64,000 nt of DNA. Source: Candidatus Aminicenantes bacterium (lineage in GTDB: Bacteria; Acidobacteriota; Aminicenantia; Aminicenantales; CALLJL01). The position numbers were made by a program, and so were the translations under genes. The stretch is from positions 9,332 through 73,331 of the forward strand of contig JAOAFQ010000015.1 in assembly GCA_026416195.1 (NCBI GenBank), read 5' to 3'. A model generated the notes under the pieces. It was not told where the DNA came from, did not search any database, and saw only the letters and a program-made list of their open reading frames with translations. The stretch's first letter is position 1. Every line of letters starts with the position of its first letter. This document shows, one piece after another, positions 35,914 to 44,257 of the stretch.

Positions 35914-37575
35914 ATGAGCTTCTCCTTAGATCCAAATCTTTGGTCAATATTATTGTTTTTCCTCTTTGGCTTGTTAATCTTTCTTACTATCTATTTCAGC
36001 CTCAAAATTTTTCTTAAGCTGTTTCTCCTTTTGAAATTGACATCTGTTTTTAATCTTTTCAAGAAAATTACGTTTCCAGGAGTGGCCATTATTGTTTTTT
36101 ACTGGATGAAGACGCTCAGTTCAAAATTTATTACTCCTTTACCCGAAAAATGGCTTTTGACCTTGGAGGCTGGTTTAGTCTTTTTTATTGTTGTTTTCTT
36201 TTTTCGACTCCTAGATGGAATTATTTCTGTCATCTATCAACAGAAAAAGAAGCCTTTTCCCTTGCCGCGAGTTCTTCATGGTTTCATCTTAGCCGTCATT
36301 TACCTCGTTGTCTTTTTTGTCGTCTTAAGATCAATTCTTCGAGTTAATCTTACTCCTTTCCTGGCTACCTCAGCTTTATTAACCGCTATTTTAGGCTTAG
36401 CCTTTCAAGGCGTCTTAAGTAATGTTATTGCTGGCCTTTCCTTGCATTTTTCTCGATCTTTTAATCGAGGGGATTGGGTCAAAATTGGTTCCTATGAGGG
36501 AATTGTTCAAGAAATGAACTGGCGAGAAACGATCCTCTTGGATCGTCAATCCAATTTGGTTATCTTACCCAATAACGTTGTTGCCTCAGAGAAAATAATC
36601 AATTTTTCTCGACCAGATAAGGCTTCGGCTTTAATTTTAGAAATAAAAATCAACTATGGTATTAAACCTTCTTTGGTTTTAAAGAAACTCCTTGAGGCGG
36701 CTGATGAAGTCAGCGAAGTTTTAAAAAATCCAGCTCCTCAAGCTTTTGTGGCTAGCTATGATCATCTAGGCCTGACCTACTGGCTAAAATTTTGGATAGA
36801 AGATTTCAGCCGAAAGAATTTAATCCTGGGAGAAGTTGGCCGCCAAGTTTGGTATAAGTTCCAACGACATGGAATCAGACTCTCTTTACCCTTAAATGAA
36901 ACCTTGAAGGAAGTTTTAACTACTTTTGAACCGCAAAAAGCCCTCTCTGAAGCCAAAGCTGAACAGGAAGTTAATTTTGCTTATCTTCTTAACTCTAATT
37001 TCCTTCGCTATGAAGAAGGCGAGAAAGCTGGCGAGCTCATTCTGCCTATTGAAGAAATTATGGCTCTTGCCTCCAGAGTCAAACGAGAGCATTATTCTAA
37101 AGGTGAAATTGTTTTTCGTCAGGGAGAGAAGGGAGAGAGTTGTTATCTTGTGGCCAAAGGAAAATTGAGAGGAGAAATCCTGTGTGAGGAAAAGGGACGA
37201 CAGTATTTATCTGAATTTGAAGTCAATGAAGGGGAGATTGTGGGGGAAATGTCTCTGTTCACTGGTTTACCTCGAACAGCTACCATTTTTGTAGTTGAGG
37301 AGACTGAACTTATCCGCATCACGTCCTCTGATTTTGCTCAATTATTAGAAAAACACCCTCATCTGAGTGAGGTTATAGCGGAAATAGTCAGCGAGCGAGC
37401 TCGAAAAAATCAGGATTTTCTGCAAAAAGTTCAATACCTTTCCAGCCAAGACATTGAAGCTTCTTGTAACCCTCGATCCATCATTGAAAGATTTCGACAC
37501 CTTCTTGTTCTTCTTAGGGAAGGGGAGGAGGAGCGACAAAAAAAGAAGATTGTCCGACCTGAAAAAGTTAGCTAA
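35914..37575 (+). CDS. MscS-family mechanosensitive channel fused to a C-terminal cyclic-nucleotide-binding domain (bCNG-type)
   Basis: N-terminal TM helices plus an MscS beta-domain (SNVIAGLSLHFSRSFNRGDWVKI...). C-terminal cNMP-binding motifs GEIVGEMSLFTG...PRTATIFV. 553 aa. Confidence 0.8.
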   Translation: MSFSLDPNLWSILLFFLFGLLIFLTIYFSLKIFLKLFLLLKLTSVFNLFKKITFPGVAIIVFYWMKTLSSKFITPLPEKWLLTLEAGLVFFIVVFFFRLLDGIISVIYQQKKKPFPLPRVLHGFILAVIYLVVFFVVLRSILRVNLTPFLATSALLTAILGLAFQGVLSNVIAGLSLHFSRSFNRGDWVKIGSYEGIVQEMNWRETILLDRQSNLVILPNNVVASEKIINFSRPDKASALILEIKINYGIKPSLVLKKLLEAADEVSEVLKNPAPQAFVASYDHLGLTYWLKFWIEDFSRKNLILGEVGRQVWYKFQRHGIRLSLPLNETLKEVLTTFEPQKALSEAKAEQEVNFAYLLNSNFLRYEEGEKAGELILPIEEIMALASRVKREHYSKGEIVFRQGEKGESCYLVAKGKLRGEILCEEKGRQYLSEFEVNEGEIVGEMSLFTGLPRTATIFVVEETELIRITSSDFAQLLEKHPHLSEVIAEIVSERARKNQDFLQKVQYLSSQDIEASCNPRSIIERFRHLLVLLREGEEERQKKKIVRPEKVS

Positions 37576-37637
37576 CTGGCTGGCCCAATTGAAAAGGAGT
37601 TTAGGTTTGATTTATATTGTAATTGTTCATAAAGAGT

Positions 37638-37712
37638 ACGCCTGTAGCTCAGTAAGGATAGAGCGAGGGATTCCTAATCCCTAGGTCGTGGGTTCGAATC
37701 CCACCAGGCGTA
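37638..37712 (+). tRNA. tRNA-Arg (anticodon CCT)
   Basis: Hand-folded cloverleaf: acceptor ACGCCTG/CAGGCGT, D-stem GCTC/GAGC, anticodon stem AGGGA/TCCCT with loop TTCCTAA, T-arm GTGGG-TTCGAAT-CCCAC, discriminator A. 75 nt, no encoded CCA. Confidence 0.9.
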
Positions 37713-37737
37713 CTTTAAATTTAATGAGGAGATTAGA

Positions 37738-38409
37738 ATGAAAAGGCGGGAGCGTAGACACTTGAAAGAGGATGAATTTGTTTCCACGATAACCAAGATC
37801 GTTCGCTTCTTTCGGCAGTATCAACGAGAAATAAAAATAGTGGCTGTCTCGTTAATAGCGGTAATTCTTTTATTGGTCCTTATCCGGGTTATCCAGGTTC
37901 GAGGTGTTAATCAAGCTAATCAGCAACTGGCGACTATATTAAAACTTAGTGAGAACCTTAGAGAAAAAATAGCTTCAGGTGAGGAAAATCCAAGTGAACT
38001 TAAAGAGTTGGAAAAAATGGCTGGGACGGGTCGCTATGGACGTTTAGCTTATATTCATTTAGCTAATTATTGGGTTGCTAAGAATGATTTGCTTCGAGCG
38101 CAAGCCTTTCTAGAGAAATTTCCAGCTCAACCCCGCGATTTGTTTTATTACCAAGCAAAAGATTTGCTCGGAGAAATTCTAATTTGGCGACAAGAGTATG
38201 ATCAAGCTATTAAGCTCTATGAATCTCTGGAAAAAGAAAAAAAAATTCCTTATATAAGAGACTCTGTTTTAATTCATTTGGCTGAGGCTTTCGAAAAGAA
38301 GGGAGACAAGAAAAAAGCTCTCGAAATTTATCGCCAATTGCAAAGTGAATTTCCCTATTCTGCCTATATCTGGAATATAGCCGACCGAATTCGTCGACTA
38401 GGAGGTTAA
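37738..38409 (+). CDS. membrane-anchored TPR-like repeat protein (YfgM-like)
   Basis: N-terminal basic region plus one TM (VAVSLIAVILLLVLI), then helical repeat segments. GAGGAG ribosome-binding site. Confidence 0.4.
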   Translation: MKRRERRHLKEDEFVSTITKIVRFFRQYQREIKIVAVSLIAVILLLVLIRVIQVRGVNQANQQLATILKLSENLREKIASGEENPSELKELEKMAGTGRYGRLAYIHLANYWVAKNDLLRAQAFLEKFPAQPRDLFYYQAKDLLGEILIWRQEYDQAIKLYESLEKEKKIPYIRDSVLIHLAEAFEKKGDKKKALEIYRQLQSEFPYSAYIWNIADRIRRLGG

Positions 38410-38423
38410 TCGAAAGCCAAGCC

Positions 38424-38451
38424 TTGCCAATTGTTAAAAATAGATTATAAT
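38424..38451 (+). promoter_or_regulatory. putative sigma70 promoter for the ferredoxin gene
   Basis: TTGCCA-16 nt-TATAAT, followed by a GGAGG ribosome-binding site at 38471 and the ATG at 38483. Confidence 0.4.
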
Positions 38452-38470
38452 AATCGCATAATTTTTCTGA

Positions 38471-38731
<261 letters not shown>

Positions 38732-38765
38732 TTTCCTTAATTAATTTTTTCTTGATATCCGAGGG

Positions 38766-39725
38766 ATGGAGGAAGGGGGGGAGAATTCCCTTCTGAAAAT
38801 GCTTATAGGGAAGAGGAAAAGCGTATGGCTTAATGTTGGTCTCTTCATTTTGACTATCTTTTCGACCTTCTTGGTCGGTCTTTCCTGGGGAACAAGTTTT
38901 GAATTGGCTGAAGATTTGGCTGTTTTACCGGCGAGTGAAATTGATTTTAATTTATGGCTAAATTCTAAGGTATTTTGGCTAAGTGGGCTTTACGTTTTTG
39001 TTCTTATGACTATTTTAGTGGGCCATGAGCTTGGCCATTATTTAACTTGTCGCCGCTATCAGCTTGAAGCTACCTTGCCTTATTTCATTCCAGCTCCTAC
39101 CCTTGTGGGGACTTTGGGGGCCTTTATTCGGATTCGATCTCCCATCACTCGAAAAAGTCAACTTTTTGATATCGGTTTGGCAGGCCCTCTTACTGGATTT
39201 TTCCTTTCTGTTCCTGCTTTGGTTTATGGAGTGGCTAATTCGAAATTGGTGCCGTCTTTACCTCAAGAGGGAACCATCTATTTTGGCGAGCCTCTTTTAC
39301 TTAAAGGGGTAGAGAAGCTTCTTTTCGGAACTATTTCAAATGATTATGACTTAGTTCTTCATCCAGTCGGTATAGCCGGCTGGGTAGGTATTTTAATAAC
39401 GGCTTTCAATCTTTTTCCAGTGGGGCAATTGGATGGTGGTCATATCGCCTATGCCCTTTTAGGAGCTAGATCTCGAAAATTAGGCAGATTTGTCTTAGGT
39501 CTTTTCATTATAATGGGTCTCTTTCTTTGGGTTGGTTGGCTTGTCTGGGCCGCCTTAATTTTTGTTCTTGGTTTAAAACATCCCCAGGTAACAGATGAGT
39601 TAGAAAAATTGAGTCCTGGTCGGCGAATCCTAGGTTGGGTAGCAGTGGCTATTTTCATCCTTTCCTTTATTCCTGATCCAATCAAGGGATACAGTTTTCT
39701 TGATATAATCAGAGCCAGAAGATAG
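38766..39725 (+). CDS. M50-family site-2 protease-like membrane metalloprotease
   Basis: HELGHY HExxH motif in a TM helix, second metal-ligand region NLFPVGQLDGGH, multi-TM, 319 aa. Confidence 0.75.
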   Translation: MEEGGENSLLKMLIGKRKSVWLNVGLFILTIFSTFLVGLSWGTSFELAEDLAVLPASEIDFNLWLNSKVFWLSGLYVFVLMTILVGHELGHYLTCRRYQLEATLPYFIPAPTLVGTLGAFIRIRSPITRKSQLFDIGLAGPLTGFFLSVPALVYGVANSKLVPSLPQEGTIYFGEPLLLKGVEKLLFGTISNDYDLVLHPVGIAGWVGILITAFNLFPVGQLDGGHIAYALLGARSRKLGRFVLGLFIIMGLFLWVGWLVWAALIFVLGLKHPQVTDELEKLSPGRRILGWVAVAIFILSFIPDPIKGYSFLDIIRARR

Positions 39726-39911
39726 AAAGGATAGGATGGTCGAGATTTTCACAAAAATTGTGGAAAAACTGTGGAAAAGGGCAGGTGATTAAGCCCAAAA
39801 CAATCGGAAATTCTTGAGATTATGGCAAAGTGCACAGAAACTCGTCACTTAACAGGGGAAAGATCGGATTAATCTGTAACTTATTGAAAATAAATAAATT
39901 AAAGAAAAGAT

Positions 39912-40631
39912 ATGGAAACAGATAAGACTCTAGAGATTAGACTTAAGAAGCTAAGACTAGAATTTAATCGTTTAAAGCAACTTTATCACGAAGGTAAATT
40001 AAGCCAAAGGGAGTTTGTGGCCGAATTGAAGAGGCTGAGAGTCAAGGATTACGAAGGAAAGTATTGGACAATAGGCGCTCAAAGTGGCCGATGGTATTAT
40101 TTTAATGGTCTTCACTGGGTTCAAGCTGAGCCGCCCGTAAGGGACGAAATTGACCAAGAAGGACTTGATTCAGAATTATTAAGGGAAAATTCAGCTTTTT
40201 TAGGAAGAAACGAGCCTGAAGAGGTTGGCGGAATCTCAGAGTCCTTGCTTATTTCCCCCGAAGAAGCCTCTTTAAATTTAATCTCTAAAGAAATAGAACC
40301 AAGAAAACAAAAATATTTGCTTGTGGCCCTTCCTTTAGCTCCCACCGCTCTTTTTTTCGGCGGTCTAGGGTTAATTTTCGGAATTATCGCCGGAGCAATT
40401 GCTGGTTCAACCCAATTTTTTCTTGATTCCTTAAGTTTTCTGCCACTTTTCCTTCAGGAAATTATGGGTAAATTAACTGGTGGAGTTATTTTAGCTGTCG
40501 GAGGTGGTTTGACCGGTTTTATCGCCGGTTCAATAGCTGGATTCCTACTTGCCTTTCTCTTTAACCTTACTTCATCCTTTACGGGTGGTCTAATGTTCAA
40601 GGTAAAAGTTAAGAGGTTGGAAAAAGAATAA
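39912..40631 (+). CDS. hypothetical membrane protein (coiled-coil N-terminus, GYF/DUF4339-like W-rich motif, glycine-zipper TM C-terminus)
   Basis: KYWTIGAQSGRWYYFNGLHWVQAEPP motif. C-terminal G/A-rich hydrophobic segments GGLGLIFGIIAGAIAGS...GGGLTGFIAGSIAGFLLAF. Confidence 0.4.
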   Translation: METDKTLEIRLKKLRLEFNRLKQLYHEGKLSQREFVAELKRLRVKDYEGKYWTIGAQSGRWYYFNGLHWVQAEPPVRDEIDQEGLDSELLRENSAFLGRNEPEEVGGISESLLISPEEASLNLISKEIEPRKQKYLLVALPLAPTALFFGGLGLIFGIIAGAIAGSTQFFLDSLSFLPLFLQEIMGKLTGGVILAVGGGLTGFIAGSIAGFLLAFLFNLTSSFTGGLMFKVKVKRLEKE

Positions 40632-40640
40632 ATTACTTTT

Positions 40641-43016
40641 TTACCTTACCTGTTGCTTCAATTGGCAAAGAGCATAATATATTTGGCCAAGGGAAAGGGA
40701 TTCGTCGTTGGGAGAATAACGTAATGGCCGGAGGACCTGGAAGCCCTCGTGGCGGAGCAATTCAGTAGTCATCATGGTCAGCCATCGATTCAAAAAGACC
40801 CCACCCCCTATAACAATAACTTGAAAATGGAAATCTTGATAGAGATGTCGGCAAACATCAACTATAATCTCGGCTAAGGTTCGATGAAATTTTGTGGCCA
40901 TCTTTTCTAAAGACTCTCCTTTATGTCTATCTCTGATGATGGCTTCAAATAATGGGGCCAAGGAAATCTCCCAGGGATAATTATTTTTTTTGATTTTATA
41001 GGGATAAACTTCATTACTCTGGGCTGAAGCCAAAGTCTCAAGCCTCATGGCCGCTTCGGCCTCGAATTCTAATTCTTCAGGAGCAACTCCTAGAAGCCAA
41101 GCCACCGCATCAAAAAGACGCCCACAGCTTGAAGTCAAAGGAGAATTGATCTTTTTTCTGATAGCTTCGAGAACAATCTCGATTTTGGATTTTTCTACCT
41201 TAAGTAAAGAGGCGAGACGATTTGATTCTGGCTCCATAAAGGTTAAAAGATGAGCCAGAGCCATGCGCCAGGGCTGTCGAGCCGCTAAATCACCTCCTGG
41301 TAGAGGCACGTAAGCAAAATGAGCAAGGCGCTTGAATTCAGCGCCAGTCGCTAAAAGAAATTCGCCACCCCAAGCAGCACCGTCTGTCCCATAACCGTAG
41401 CCATCAAAAGAGATACCCAAAACTCTTGTTTCTGGAGGCAATCGATGTTCTAAAAAGGAAGCTAAAATATGGGCGTAATGATGTTGGACTTGAAAATGAG
41501 GTAAACCTGTTTTCCGGGCATAGAGGGTAGTTCTAAAATTGGGATGGAGATCGCTGACGATAACAAGGGGTTTAAAATCAAAAAGTTTGAAAAAGTGGTT
41601 AATTGTTTCTTCGAAATATAAATAATTTTCATATTCATCAAGATCGCCAAGAAATTGGCTTGTGACCACCGTTCCCTTCTTATAAATAGAGATCGTAACC
41701 TTTAATTCCCCACCAACTGCAAGAATGGGTGTATCAATTTTGAAAAGGGAATCTATTCTTTCTGGATAAGGAACAAAACCTCGAGCTCGCCGAAGAAAAA
41801 GGGGTTCATTGGCTACAATTTTAAGAACAGAATCATCAGCCCTCATGGCAATCGGTCGGTTATGAGTCAATAAGTAATCGCAAAGTTCAGCAATCCCTTC
41901 TTTTTCCTCTTTAATAATTGGAGCATCTTTTCGATTGGAGCTTGTGGCCACCACCAAATCGATTTCCTGAAGAAGGAGATGGTGGAGAGGGGTGTAGGGT
42001 AACATCAGGCCAATTTCTTTAAGATGCGGAGCTATTCCAGGTAATTCTTCTTTTTTTTGAAGGAGAATTATTGGTCTTGAAGCCGAGGTTAACCATTCCT
42101 TTTCTGTCAAGTTGACCAGAGCGATTTTTTCGACGACTGAAAAATCCCGAGCCATAAGAGCTAAAGGCTTAAAGCGGCGAGCTTTAATTTGGCGGAGTCG
42201 GCCAATGGCTTTTTCGTTTCGAGCATCGGCCATCAAGTGAAAACCACCAAGGCCTTTGACTGCGACAATAAAGCCATCTTTGAGGAGCTGAGCTGCCTTT
42301 GATATCCCTCCAGATATTATCTGTCCAGAAGCGGCCTCAACAAGTTGAACCTGTGGTCCACAAATAGGGCAAGCAATTGGTTGGGCATGAAAGCGGCGAT
42401 CAAGGGGATTATGATATTCTTCAGCGCAAGACGAACACATGGGAAAAGAGGCCATAGTAGTTCTTGACCGGTCATAGGGGAGGTTTTCAACAATAGTGTA
42501 TCGTGGGCCGCAATTGGTACAGTTAGTAAAGGGATAGCGATAACGCCTTTCGGCCGGGTCCATAATTTCTTGATAGCAGTCATCACAAGTAGCTACATCA
42601 GGAGAAATGAAGGCAAAAGTTTCCTCAGATTTAGAAGTCGAAATGGAAAAATTCGGCCAATTTTCATAATTATCAGGCTCAAGATTAATTTCTTCTAGAC
42701 TAGCTAAAGGTGGTTTGTCCTTTTTTAAGGCGGAAAGAAATTCCAAGAGCCGCTGAGCATCAAATTTTTCAAGATGAATTTCTACCCCTTGCCCTGTATT
42801 TCTGACCCAGCCAGTAAAAGCCAGCCTTTCGGCCAGGCGATGGATAAATGGACGGAATCCGACCCCTTGAACTACTCCTCGGATAATTATTTTTATGGCC
42901 TGGAGAGAAGCCAATTGGTCAAACTTAAGGAAATTGAATTCAGAATTTGTCTCTTTTGGACCCACTTTCTTGAGCCTTCTTTTTCTGTTTTTCCAGATAA
43001 CTATATAGGCAGCCAC
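40641..43016 (-). CDS. hypF: carbamoyltransferase HypF
   Basis: Acylphosphatase motif VQGVGFRPF, paired CxxC zinc fingers (CTNCGPRYT..., CSSCAEEYHN..., CPICGP...), YrdC-like and Kae1-like C-terminal domains. 791 aa. The annotated GTG start overlaps queH; an internal TTG near 42914 is the likelier start. Confidence 0.9.
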   Translation of the reverse strand: MAAYIVIWKNRKRRLKKVGPKETNSEFNFLKFDQLASLQAIKIIIRGVVQGVGFRPFIHRLAERLAFTGWVRNTGQGVEIHLEKFDAQRLLEFLSALKKDKPPLASLEEINLEPDNYENWPNFSISTSKSEETFAFISPDVATCDDCYQEIMDPAERRYRYPFTNCTNCGPRYTIVENLPYDRSRTTMASFPMCSSCAEEYHNPLDRRFHAQPIACPICGPQVQLVEAASGQIISGGISKAAQLLKDGFIVAVKGLGGFHLMADARNEKAIGRLRQIKARRFKPLALMARDFSVVEKIALVNLTEKEWLTSASRPIILLQKKEELPGIAPHLKEIGLMLPYTPLHHLLLQEIDLVVATSSNRKDAPIIKEEKEGIAELCDYLLTHNRPIAMRADDSVLKIVANEPLFLRRARGFVPYPERIDSLFKIDTPILAVGGELKVTISIYKKGTVVTSQFLGDLDEYENYLYFEETINHFFKLFDFKPLVIVSDLHPNFRTTLYARKTGLPHFQVQHHYAHILASFLEHRLPPETRVLGISFDGYGYGTDGAAWGGEFLLATGAEFKRLAHFAYVPLPGGDLAARQPWRMALAHLLTFMEPESNRLASLLKVEKSKIEIVLEAIRKKINSPLTSSCGRLFDAVAWLLGVAPEELEFEAEAAMRLETLASAQSNEVYPYKIKKNNYPWEISLAPLFEAIIRDRHKGESLEKMATKFHRTLAEIIVDVCRHLYQDFHFQVIVIGGGVFLNRWLTMMTTELLRHEGFQVLRPLRYSPNDESLSLGQIYYALCQLKQQVR

Positions 43017-43527
43017 AATAATCCTGGCGATAAAGTCCCAATTCTCGACTTAAAGCGACACTCTTAATGAAGCCATCCTTTTTTTTAAAATCAGCTTTAA
43101 GGAAATTGATTTCGTATTTTTGAGCCAGATTGTCGCCAAGAAAATTCAGGGTCTGACTTTTTTTCCAGGGGCTCAAACTCATGACTGTAGTAAAAAAAGG
43201 AAATTTATCAGCCAAAGCTCTGAGAGCGGTTTTCTCTAATCTTAAAGCATAGCAGACTTCACAGCGACGACCCATTTCTGGCTCATCTTTTAAATTTTCT
43301 GTAAGCTGAAGAAAATTTTCAAAATCGGGTTTTTCTTCAATTAAGGGAACCTTGAGCCAATTGGCTACCTTGACCATTTCCTGATAGCGAAGAGAGTACT
43401 CTTCAGGGGGATAAATATTGGGATTATAGAAAAAAGCAGTAGGTTCATAATTTTGCTGGAGTAGGCGAAGTACGTAGGCCCCATCTGGAGCACAGCACAC
43501 ATGGACGAGAATTCTTTCTCGCGTCAC
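42940..43527 (-). CDS. queH: epoxyqueuosine reductase QueH (DUF208)
   Basis: N-terminal ILVHVCCAPDG (CCAP motif) and C-terminal Cys pair. 195 aa. Confidence 0.75.
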   Translation of the reverse strand: MTRERILVHVCCAPDGAYVLRLLQQNYEPTAFFYNPNIYPPEEYSLRYQEMVKVANWLKVPLIEEKPDFENFLQLTENLKDEPEMGRRCEVCYALRLEKTALRALADKFPFFTTVMSLSPWKKSQTLNFLGDNLAQKYEINFLKADFKKKDGFIKSVALSRELGLYRQDYCGCLYSYLEKQKKKAQESGSKRDKF

Positions 43528-43534
43528 TTTTCCA

Positions 43535-44224
43535 TTATAAGGGAAAAATGAAAACTGTAAAGAGATTAAGACGTTGCTCGAGATAGCTAAGCTTAGCTTT
43601 GGTAATGTCTATTTTATCGTAAAGAGGAAGCAATTCTGGGTGGCTAACCCGTTGAGTGTCGGTGATTTTGCCTAGAGTAATTAACAATGTTGTAGTTCGT
43701 TTTTCCAAAGCATTGAGCTTATGTTCCAACTTCGCCCTTTTTTTTGGCCAAAAATAGGGAAATTTTAAGCTCAGCTTATCTTCAGAGAGAGATTTTATCG
43801 GGGAATTATTTGAGTAAGGAAATTTCCTCTTTTGATCGACTTGGGGATGGTCTGATGGGGAAGATAATTGAGCTAGAATTTCCTCCTTTTTCCTTTCAAG
43901 GACTTTAAGGCTTTTTACCAAAGCTTCGGTGCCCACAACGTTCAGCTCATTTTTATAGGCAATTTTTCCAACTTCCAGCCAAAGCTTTTCTTTTCTTTTG
44001 TTCTCTCTTTTCATTTGTTGTTGAAGATGAATCTGTAGGGAACGCTTCTTTGTCCTAAGAAAGAAAAAATCAATTCGTCGTCTTAGCTCTTTATTCCGGA
44101 GAAAAATGAAAAAAAATAAGAGGCCAATTAAACTAAGAAGAAACCAGAAAAGCCAGAAAGGTAAGCCCTCGTTATAAGGGCTGGACTCTATTGGGTAAAT
44201 ATAGGGTAAACTAACTACGGTCAT
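43535..44224 (-). CDS. hypothetical membrane-anchored coiled-coil protein
   Basis: One N-terminal TM (WLFWFLLSLIGLLFFFIFL) followed by a K/E/R-rich helical region. No recognisable catalytic motif. Confidence 0.35.
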   Translation of the reverse strand: MTVVSLPYIYPIESSPYNEGLPFWLFWFLLSLIGLLFFFIFLRNKELRRRIDFFFLRTKKRSLQIHLQQQMKRENKRKEKLWLEVGKIAYKNELNVVGTEALVKSLKVLERKKEEILAQLSSPSDHPQVDQKRKFPYSNNSPIKSLSEDKLSLKFPYFWPKKRAKLEHKLNALEKRTTTLLITLGKITDTQRVSHPELLPLYDKIDITKAKLSYLEQRLNLFTVFIFPL

Positions 44225-44257
44225 TGCCTAAATTTTGAATGTGACCGGTCAATGGTC

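Noticed and set aside
36150-37168. 65-aa and 80-aa plus-strand ORFs
   Set aside because: Out of frame inside the MscS-cNBD channel gene.
37454-37684. 76-aa plus-strand ORF
   Set aside because: Runs through the 3' end of the channel gene and across the tRNA-Arg gene.
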